Part shown: positions 18,348 to 25,659 of the stretch, piece by piece
How the letters are laid out: each line of letters begins with the position of its first letter
Position numbering within the stretch: the first letter of the stretch is position 1
Origin: an uncultured Candidatus Poseidoniales archaeon
GTDB lineage: Archaea > Thermoplasmatota > Poseidoniia > Poseidoniales > Thalassarchaeaceae
Assembly: GCA_964342625.1 (NCBI GenBank)
Contig: CAYFGC010000003.1
Location: 1 to 41,673, forward strand
Reading direction: 5' to 3'
Length of the DNA stretch: 41,673 bases
The notes under the pieces: generated by a model
What the model was told of the DNA's origin: nothing
Database searches by the model: none
What the model saw: only the letters and a program-made list of their open reading frames with translations
Position numbers and translations under genes: made by a program

Positions 18348-18944
18348 CTGCAGACATACCCCATCGTGGAAATTTTCCATTCAGTTCAGGGAGAGGGATT
18401 TCACTCTGGCACCCCTCACGTTTTCGTCAGATTTGGTAACTGTAACCTTAGGTGTGAATGGTGCGATACGGACTTCATGACCTTCGTGGAGATGGATATA
18501 GATTCAATAGTTGAGGAAGTACTAGGATTCGGATGTGACAGAGTAATCTTCACTGGTGGGGAGCCGGCTATGCAAGATCTTTTCACAATAGGAAGGAGGC
18601 TTAAGGAACATGGAATTTCACTATCAATTGAAACCAATGGAACCATCCCAGTGGATCCTATCATTGATTGGATTTGTGTCAGTCCAAAGGATCAACTTTA
18701 CCCAAACGTTTCGATTAAGCAGCGTTCAGGTGACGAGTTAAAGGTAGTTTACTGTGGCCAGGAACTGGCAATTTACGACCAATTAAAGGAGGGTTTCACA
18801 CATCACTTCATCCAACCCTGCTATGTTGACACGGACTCGGTTGAACAGAATGGCAAGAACTTCCAGATCGTTGAGAGACTAGTCAAGGAAAGTAAAGGCT
18901 GGAGGCTTAGTCTGCAGACTCACAAGTGGATGGGCGTGCTATGA
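18348..18944 (+). CDS. queE: 7-carboxy-7-deazaguanine synthase (radical SAM); start probably CTG 18348 (track: GTG 18366)
   Basis: EIFHSVQGEG, FVRFGNCNLRCEWCDT, TGGEP, IETNG, SPK, RLSLQTHK. Confidence 0.95.
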   Translation: MQTYPIVEIFHSVQGEGFHSGTPHVFVRFGNCNLRCEWCDTDFMTFVEMDIDSIVEEVLGFGCDRVIFTGGEPAMQDLFTIGRRLKEHGISLSIETNGTIPVDPIIDWICVSPKDQLYPNVSIKQRSGDELKVVYCGQELAIYDQLKEGFTHHFIQPCYVDTDSVEQNGKNFQIVERLVKESKGWRLSLQTHKWMGVL

Positions 18945-19720
18945 TTAGATCCGTGATGTCTCTATCCGGTGGAATGGATAGCACGTCCCTATTGCTAAGA
19001 CTGCTTGCCGAGGGCAGCAAGGTAACTTGCTTGACGTATGACTACGGGCAGAAGCACTCTATTGAAATTGACAGATCCAAGAATAATATTGAATATTTAT
19101 CACAGCACGGGTATGAAGTTGACCAAGTCGTAATAGATCTGAAATCAGCAATGAGCACCCTCCAATCGGCTCTGACCAGCCAAGATATCGATGTCCCAGA
19201 GGGACACTACGAGTCATCTCAGATGAAGCAGACGGTTGTACCAAACAGGAATGCGATTTTCTCATCCATCCTTTTTGGCCATGCACTGAGCATTTCAATC
19301 ACAGAGGACTGTGACGTTAGAATCGCTCTTGGAGTGCATAGTGGCGACCATGAGATCTACCCAGACTGCAGGCCGGAATTCTACGAGTCATTGGAACGAT
19401 CCTTTTCTATCGGCAACTGGGACAGTGAGAGAGTGTCATTCTATCTGCCATACATCTCGGGTGACAAGGCTACAATACTCGAGGAAGCACTCGGGTCTTG
19501 TGGTTCCCTAGGTGTCAACTTCGACACCGTACTCTCGAATACCAACACTTCGTACAACCCAGATGAGAAGGGTCGCAGCTCCGGCAGGTCGGGTGCGGAC
19601 GTAGAAAGGATTCTTGCATTCCACAAAATCGGACGGGTCGATCCAGTGGAATACGTCGATGACTGGACAAGTGTACTTGAGTACGCTCTGTCACAGGAGA
19701 GTCTATGGAGTGGTCCATAA
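18941..19720 (+). CDS. queC: 7-cyano-7-deazaguanine synthase
   Basis: SLSGGMDS PP-loop, YGQKH, VPNRNAIF, YPDCRPEF. Confidence 0.94.
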   Translation: MIRSVMSLSGGMDSTSLLLRLLAEGSKVTCLTYDYGQKHSIEIDRSKNNIEYLSQHGYEVDQVVIDLKSAMSTLQSALTSQDIDVPEGHYESSQMKQTVVPNRNAIFSSILFGHALSISITEDCDVRIALGVHSGDHEIYPDCRPEFYESLERSFSIGNWDSERVSFYLPYISGDKATILEEALGSCGSLGVNFDTVLSNTNTSYNPDEKGRSSGRSGADVERILAFHKIGRVDPVEYVDDWTSVLEYALSQESLWSGP

Positions 19721-20145
19721 TGAGCGAAAAACTTCCAAGTTTTGACTCCGAGAGGGATGCGGAATGGAGGAACAGGCTCACAGATCTCCAGTATCATGTA
19801 ACTAGGGAAGCCGGAACTGAGCCCCCCAATACGGGTCTCCTCTACATGGAGGAAAGGAAGGGTGAATATCTGTGCATTTGCTGCGGGCATCTACTGTTCA
19901 CTTCGGAGATGAAGTATCATTCTAGGTGTGGTTGGCCAGCATTCCATACAGAACACCCAGATGCAGGAATTAGAAGATTAGAGGATCGGGCCTTCGGAAT
20001 GCTGAGGGTAGAAGTCAGGTGTGGCTCCTGTGACGCACATCTTGGACACGTATTCGATGATGGTCCAAGGGATTACGGTGGTGAGAGGTACTGTATAAAT
20101 TCAGCAAGCATGAGCTTCATTCAGGAGGGTGTAGATGACAACTAG
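19720..20145 (+). CDS. msrB: Peptide methionine-R-sulfoxide reductase
   Basis: QYHVTREAGTE, CxxC, GWPAF, EVRCGSCDAHLGHVFDDGP, RYCINS. Confidence 0.96.
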   Translation: MSEKLPSFDSERDAEWRNRLTDLQYHVTREAGTEPPNTGLLYMEERKGEYLCICCGHLLFTSEMKYHSRCGWPAFHTEHPDAGIRRLEDRAFGMLRVEVRCGSCDAHLGHVFDDGPRDYGGERYCINSASMSFIQEGVDDN

Positions 20146-20590
20146 AATTAGGAGATGGGTGGAGACCGACACGGGCCATAGGGTCCCTAACCACAAGAGC
20201 AAATGTAGGCATATGCACGGCCATAGGTACAGGTGGGAGGCTGAGCTAGAGGGAGAGGTTGTTACAGATAGTGGGGCATCAGATGAGGGGATGCTGATGG
20301 ACTTCTCCGATATCTCCAAGATTCTAGAAGAGCATATCCATGATGTTATCGACCATGCGTTTGTAGTTTATGAGGGAGATGAAGAGGCTAGAGCGGCACT
20401 TTCAATTATGGGGGATGAGCATAGGTCCCTAGTAGTGCCATTCGTTCCAACGGCTGAGAATCTAGCTAGATGGGCTTTCGAGCAGGTGGAGCCACACATC
20501 AAGTCCTCTTACGGCAACTCGCTTACTCTCAGGTCCTTTCATGTGCGGGAGACTCCCAAATCATGGGCAAGTTGGAATGCTATACCTTAG
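20135..20590 (+). CDS. queD: 6-carboxy-5,6,7,8-tetrahydropterin synthase
   Basis: CRHMHGHRY, GMLMDFS, PTAENLA, VRETP. Confidence 0.93.
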   Translation: MTTRIRRWVETDTGHRVPNHKSKCRHMHGHRYRWEAELEGEVVTDSGASDEGMLMDFSDISKILEEHIHDVIDHAFVVYEGDEEARAALSIMGDEHRSLVVPFVPTAENLARWAFEQVEPHIKSSYGNSLTLRSFHVRETPKSWASWNAIP

Positions 20591-21344
20591 GGTCACTTTC
20601 ATCATATAGTGAGTTCTTTGACATGTTAATCACCCCAATAATTCTATGGATTTCATCATCTTTAGGAAGTCCTCTAAGAATAACTCTGTTCAGCGTCTCT
20701 TCTATTCCCCCTCTCTTGTGATCCTTGGTCGGCAATGACTTCACTAATTCGCTGATCTCAGTTCTTAGTTGCCTCTTTAATTCAGGGTCCAATAATCTAC
20801 CACCAGACCCACTAGGAACCCCTTCGAAGTAAACCTGCCAGGAATAGCAGATTATCGCTACAGCATGACTTAGGTTGAGAATCGGATAACCCTCCCATGT
20901 TGGAATGGTAACGAGAACGTCGCACTCAACCAATTGTTGGTTCAACAGGCCCTTTCCTTCTGGTCCAAAGACCAATGCCACCCTCCCCTCTACTCCAGAA
21001 AGACGCTTAGGGAGCTCATCTGGAAGTAGGAAATGCCTCATCGAAGTCTTTTCCCCGTCTTCCCTTTTTCCCGATGTGCCAACAACAATTGAACAATCCG
21101 ATACTGCCTCATCCAGAGTCTTCGCAAGAATGCAATCGTCTAGTACAATCTGTGCGTTCTTTGCCCGTTTTCGAGCTTCATTGGACCACTCCCCCTCTCT
21201 TCCAACTACTCTTAAGTCCGTAATTCCAAAGTTCAACATCGATCGTGCAACTGCACCGATATTGCCATCATGCTCAGGTTCGACAAGTACTATGCAGACT
21301 GCCTCGCTATATTCTGGAAGTTTCTCCACGCGCCTCTCTCCCAT
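20580..21344 (-). CDS. trmJ: TrmJ/LasT-family SPOUT RNA methyltransferase
   Basis: VLVEPEHDGNIGAVARSMLNFG, LVFGPEGKGL, YPILNLSHAV. Start uncertain. Confidence 0.88.
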   Translation of the reverse strand: MGERRVEKLPEYSEAVCIVLVEPEHDGNIGAVARSMLNFGITDLRVVGREGEWSNEARKRAKNAQIVLDDCILAKTLDEAVSDCSIVVGTSGKREDGEKTSMRHFLLPDELPKRLSGVEGRVALVFGPEGKGLLNQQLVECDVLVTIPTWEGYPILNLSHAVAIICYSWQVYFEGVPSGSGGRLLDPELKRQLRTEISELVKSLPTKDHKRGGIEETLNRVILRGLPKDDEIHRIIGVINMSKNSLYDESDPKV

Positions 21345-21380
21345 GTAAACCCGAGAACCCACTAGATGATGAGTGGTGCG

Positions 21381-21572
21381 CTAGTCGACTCTTCGCTGTT
21401 TGTACCTGGTGATGTAACCAGCTATCCAGTTCCGCATCCTTTTGTTGTCAACATCGGAAAACTCAGCAACAAGGTGCTTGTTAGTGTCGAAGTCATCGGT
21501 GAATTGATCGGGATACATCTCGACCAATCTAAGTGCCCTAGATTTGATGAATGACGGTCTGATGTTGCCCAT
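21381..21572 (-). CDS. rps17e: 30S ribosomal protein S17e
   Basis: [10 protein letters not shown]...FTDDFDTNK...[10 protein letters not shown]; RBS GGAGTGA. Confidence 0.95.
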   Translation of the reverse strand: MGNIRPSFIKSRALRLVEMYPDQFTDDFDTNKHLVAEFSDVDNKRMRNWIAGYITRYKQRRVD

Positions 21573-21574
21573 TT

Positions 21575-21838
21575 TCACTCCTCCAGAAGTTTCACTTCGA
21601 GCGGAAAACCCTCTTCTCGAGTACATACGACCCTGATCTTCCTTGGAGGATTCTGCATCCCCCTCGCCCAAATGGCATGGTTTACTGACTCGTCAATCCA
21701 AATATCTTCATCATCAGTCTTCTTCATGTGTTTCGAAACATGAATTCTAACTTCTGCCATGGCCCTCTTTGCCCTATTAGTTCTCGGGACCTTCCAAGCA
21801 GCCCTAAGGGGAATTGTAATTTCCTTTACCTCTGCCAT
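21575..21838 (-). CDS. rpl31e: 50S ribosomal protein L31e
   Basis: TIPLR...RAKRAM...[15 protein letters not shown]. Confidence 0.95.
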   Translation of the reverse strand: MAEVKEITIPLRAAWKVPRTNRAKRAMAEVRIHVSKHMKKTDDEDIWIDESVNHAIWARGMQNPPRKIRVVCTREEGFPLEVKLLEE

Positions 21839-21845
21839 TCAAACT

Positions 21846-22001
21846 TCACCTTTGTAACTTTGAGCGACGCCACATGTGTCGCTTTGGATGAGAATTAGTC
21901 TTCCTGTTAGTTCGCATCACAACCCAAACAGGAACTCTCTTGTTCTGCTTGGTAACCTTGTTGAGCCGCTTCTTCTTGGCAAAGGGTTTGTTTCGAGCCA
22001 T
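21846..22001 (-). CDS. rpl39e: 50S ribosomal protein L39e
   Basis: [13 protein letters not shown]...[13 protein letters not shown]...RHMWRRSKL. Confidence 0.95.
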   Translation of the reverse strand: MARNKPFAKKKRLNKVTKQNKRVPVWVVMRTNRKTNSHPKRHMWRRSKLQR

Positions 22002-22008
22002 ATTATCA

Positions 22009-22479
22009 CTAATACCTCTCCAAACCTGGATATTTCTGCTCTGCAACGCCGCGAACTGAATGCGCCACTTCGTCTAGGAGTGCCTGACCTACCGAGCTGA
22101 CGACTTTTCCATGGTTAACAGTTCCAGCAGAGTTCATCGAGTTCTCAATCAGTCCAGAATCAGCAAGCTGTTGCAGAATCTTTCTGGATACATTTCTTGA
22201 ACCCGAAACTGCCTTGTTTTTCTTAACACCACGATTCTTGGCACCGCCGAACTCTTGGGAAATACGATTAGTCCCGATGGGGCCCTTGATCGCCACTTTC
22301 CTAAGAATAGAGGCGGCCCTTGTATTCCACCAGTCATCTTGAACGGGGGGTCTCTCTCTATGAGTGCCGGTTTTGACCTGAGATGCCCAATCCGGGGCGA
22401 CTATCTTGTCATAAGGGCCCATTTTCTCAACCAGACCTGCAATCAGGAGATCCGCTGGAACGTCGTAGTATGTCGTCAT
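22009..22479 (-). CDS. rps19e: 30S ribosomal protein S19e
   Basis: [38 protein letters not shown]. Confidence 0.95.
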   Translation of the reverse strand: MTTYYDVPADLLIAGLVEKMGPYDKIVAPDWASQVKTGTHRERPPVQDDWWNTRAASILRKVAIKGPIGTNRISQEFGGAKNRGVKKNKAVSGSRNVSRKILQQLADSGLIENSMNSAGTVNHGKVVSSVGQALLDEVAHSVRGVAEQKYPGLERY

Positions 22480-22604
22480 GGCTTCACCGTGCGTGCCGGC
22501 CGTCCAACAGAGCCTATTTAACCGTGATGACCCGTTTTTACTATTGAATACATTAGAAATCCTCCCGACAAGCATTCAATAATTACTTATCATGTCGAAA
22601 AAGC

Positions 22605-23405
22605 GTGAAGCGTTCGCTATCTAAGAATCCGAACATGCTCCGCACCATGGTCGGTACCGGATTGACATTGATAATATTGCTCTCATATGCCGTTTACTCA
22701 AATACAGTCGATTCAGAATACTATTCGTACACCACTACAAATGAACATAATTTCATGGATATTTCAGAAGAGTCTCAGGGGGAAGCACGATGGTTTTACA
22801 CAACAAGGTCAGCCATAACATGGGTGAATTTTTCCGTTGAAAACGCAGCACCAGGATCCATCTTAACCGTCGAAGCCGAGGGTACTAACTGGTCTCATTC
22901 GCCAAGCCTAGGACTCCAAGAACAGAGTTACATTTGCAATGAGCCAGATTCGGACTACTCGAAATATCTGGAAACGTGCGAATACAGCAGGACCCATTCG
23001 ATTGAATTAGAGAACGGGAGCGGGACACTCCGCGGCAGGGTCTCACTAGATCTGCCAATAAAGGGAAAGGGGTATCTAGAAAGTGATAGCATCATAAATG
23101 CTCAAAATGAAGCTAATGAATTGGTTAAGTCAGCAAACAAGACAATCACTTGGAAGATTAAGATTGAGGATGGTGGTGAAATAGCCTCTAGTGAAGGGAT
23201 TCTAGTAGAATCAGAATTCTCCTCTCACGAACTATTGGAATTGGAGAAGTTCAAGCTCAACCCCGTCCAAGAGACCGTATACAGCTTTTCAGCTTTAGTG
23301 GGTTGCTTCTTCTTAGTTCTTGTAATACCACTAATGATCTTCTTTTCTGCCAGATATAGGGAAAACATGAACGAGAAACTTAGAGCCACAGTAGAGGAAG
23401 AGTAA
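22605..23405 (+). CDS. Hypothetical membrane protein with N- and C-terminal TM helices flanking a soluble domain
   Basis: Hydrophobic segments GTGLTLIILLSYAVY and ALVGCFFLVLVIPLMIFF. Confidence 0.75.
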   Translation: MKRSLSKNPNMLRTMVGTGLTLIILLSYAVYSNTVDSEYYSYTTTNEHNFMDISEESQGEARWFYTTRSAITWVNFSVENAAPGSILTVEAEGTNWSHSPSLGLQEQSYICNEPDSDYSKYLETCEYSRTHSIELENGSGTLRGRVSLDLPIKGKGYLESDSIINAQNEANELVKSANKTITWKIKIEDGGEIASSEGILVESEFSSHELLELEKFKLNPVQETVYSFSALVGCFFLVLVIPLMIFFSARYRENMNEKLRATVEEE

Positions 23406-23472
23406 CGAGTATTCGGTGACAATTAATCCAATGCCGACACCAATGTCAATATAGCCAGGTAAGAAACAACAT

Positions 23473-23814
23473 CTATTCTGCCTCTATATCCGAACCATTC
23501 AAACGTAATTCTACTAATCCCAGATTTACGAAATCAGCAATTGAGCGATTCACCCTTTCGTTAACAGGGGCGATCCTCTCGCGAAAAATACTATCCATCT
23601 CTGAGACTATTTGATCAACACTCATTCTTCCATCCATCAACAGCCATAGTTTGCTATTCATTTCATCAAGGGGTCTCCTAACTGTCTTTGGAGCGCCTAC
23701 AAAATTGGCGAGCCTTTCTTCAATTGGGCTGAGATCCTTGCTGACGACAATTACAATCTTATCCGAGTCTATCGTCTGCCAGTCAACTTCCATCCTAACT
23801 GGGAATATATCCAC
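23473..23814 (-). CDS. Stand-alone PqqD-family (RRE-like winged-helix) protein
   Basis: LDEMNSKLWLLMDGRMSVDQIV...F...GLVE fits the PqqD pattern L-D/N...W-x3-DG-x2-S/T-V-x2-I...G-L-V/I. Confidence 0.7.
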   Translation of the reverse strand: MDIFPVRMEVDWQTIDSDKIVIVVSKDLSPIEERLANFVGAPKTVRRPLDEMNSKLWLLMDGRMSVDQIVSEMDSIFRERIAPVNERVNRSIADFVNLGLVELRLNGSDIEAE

Positions 23815-23815
23815 T

Positions 23816-24379
23816 CTATCTCCTCAGTTTGATTGTATTTTCTACAATTGAGGAGGCGAGGGCCCCCACTCTACTATTGATTTCTTCGTTAACCAGAGAA
23901 CCATCATCATTGAAAGCCTCCTTAATGTTTGGAATTGCAATCTGCTCAGGAGTCACCCAGCCGTGAATCCACCTCGCAGCTATCCTCATGTGATTGAGGG
24001 TATTGTTACTACTCTGGCCGCCGAGGGTGCATATTAGTCCGAAGACCTTTCCAGAGGTATGTTTTGAATACAACCAATCGAGGCTGTTCTTCATCACACC
24101 GCTCATGGTGCCGTGATATTCAGGACTCGAAAGGACAAATGCATCCGCAGAGACTGCCATTTCCTGGAAACCCTTCACATTGGCGTCATCCCAGCTACCT
24201 TCAGCACCAACAAGAGGCAGTGGATTGGCACCATGGTCCCATATCACGGTCTCAGCACCAAGCGCCCTTGCTTCGTCGAGAATGATCTCCAACATTCTCC
24301 CGTTCGCTGAATCTAGATCATAGGATCCGCAGATCCCCATCACAACTATTGGGTCACTCACATCACCCACAGTAGACAC
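23816..24379 (-). CDS. NADPH-dependent FMN reductase (flavodoxin fold)
   Basis: GICGS...S.N, ADAFVLSSPEYHGTMSGVMKNSLDW. Confidence 0.9.
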   Translation of the reverse strand: MSTVGDVSDPIVVMGICGSYDLDSANGRMLEIILDEARALGAETVIWDHGANPLPLVGAEGSWDDANVKGFQEMAVSADAFVLSSPEYHGTMSGVMKNSLDWLYSKHTSGKVFGLICTLGGQSSNNTLNHMRIAARWIHGWVTPEQIAIPNIKEAFNDDGSLVNEEINSRVGALASSIVENTIKLRR

Positions 24380-24504
24380 TCAGTCTTCAATTATCGGTTC
24401 ATTTCAATTTTTTTGCCGTACAACATTGCAACTTCCTATCGTTGCGAATACTTATTCATCAGATTTTTTCCGAAGGGGTTGTGGGAACCAGTTTCGGCGG
24501 GTCG

Positions 24505-25659
24505 ATGGAGGATGCTGCAAAACTCGCTAAATTGGGCAATGATGCCGAAGCAATGGACTGCTATCACTCAGTACTAGAGATAGACGCGGATAATGCAACC
24601 GCATGGTATTGCCTAGGTGTGCTATACGCCAGGAATAATTCTTTAGATAAGGCAGTTGATGCATTCGAGAAATCAGACCAGATATTCCCAAATCACCCTC
24701 CTACAGTAGCAAATCTAGCATATCTACTAGTTGATAGCGATCCATTGGCTGCCTCGATTTATGCCAAATCTGCATTAGTAACAATTTCAGACGATAATGA
24801 GCTAACTTCAATAGCAGAATATACAGAACCTACGGTACAAAATAAGATCTTCATAGAAGCGAGGCAGATTGAAGAGGTTGAAACTCAAAATGTCGATAAC
24901 GCCACTTACGTGGATATTGACCCTGCTCTAGATAGTTACGAAGAAGCAAGAACTCTAACTTCAGTTGGTGACCATTCTGGAGCTGTTGCAATGTGGAAGG
25001 GGCTTCTGGAGGAGTCGCCAAACTCGCCAGAAGTATGGCGTGGTCTTGGCGATGCATTACGTTCAGCAGGATACGAAGACCGTGCGAGTCAATGCTTCAA
25101 GCGAGCTGAAGGAATTGAATCAGAACCACCAAGGGAAATACCTCATGTTGAAACAAACGAAGAGGATTTGGCAGAAGCTCTGATACTGGCAGTAGAAGAG
25201 GTACAATCTGCCAAAACTGAAACCGATTCACGCGGTGATTTGGATGATGCAGTTGGTTGGTACAACATGGGGATCAACTTGCTTGGCGAAGGGAAGAATG
25301 ATGAGGCGATATCAAGCTTTGAGAAGTCCATTGGGGGGTGCCCAACCTCGGAGATTGAGCTGAAGGTCAAGGCACAGAATGGCAGAGGTAATGCTTTGTA
25401 TAATTCTGGAAGATTCTCTGAAAGCGTTGTTGCATATCATACAGCAATAGGCCTGGATCCGCAAAGTGTTACTGGCCGGACACTCTTCAACATGGGTTCT
25501 TCATACGCTGCTGTAGAAATGTTTGATGACGCTATCAAGTGCTTCACACAGGCTATTGAGAGGGGACTGGAGAAGCAAGAGTCAGAACTATGTGAGAAGC
25601 AAATTAGTCGTTGCCGCCTTCTTTCACGTGAGCAGGCAAAACGTCAGTCAAGGACCTAA
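24505..25659 (+). CDS. Tetratricopeptide repeat protein
   Basis: Repeated TPR units: AWYCLGVLY, VWRGLGDAL, WYNMGINL, LFNMGSSY. Confidence 0.88.
   Translation: MEDAAKLAKLGNDAEAMDCYHSVLEIDADNATAWYCLGVLYARNNSLDKAVDAFEKSDQIFPNHPPTVANLAYLLVDSDPLAASIYAKSALVTISDDNELTSIAEYTEPTVQNKIFIEARQIEEVETQNVDNATYVDIDPALDSYEEARTLTSVGDHSGAVAMWKGLLEESPNSPEVWRGLGDALRSAGYEDRASQCFKRAEGIESEPPREIPHVETNEEDLAEALILAVEEVQSAKTETDSRGDLDDAVGWYNMGINLLGEGKNDEAISSFEKSIGGCPTSEIELKVKAQNGRGNALYNSGRFSESVVAYHTAIGLDPQSVTGRTLFNMGSSYAAVEMFDDAIKCFTQAIERGLEKQESELCEKQISRCRLLSREQAKRQSRT

Noticed and set aside
17756-20590. preQ0 genes as a DNA-modification (Dpd) defence island
   Set aside because: No dpdA/tgt paralog, helicase or nuclease in the window. 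Archaeosine tRNA modification is the simpler explanation, and the tRNA-Val here has G15.
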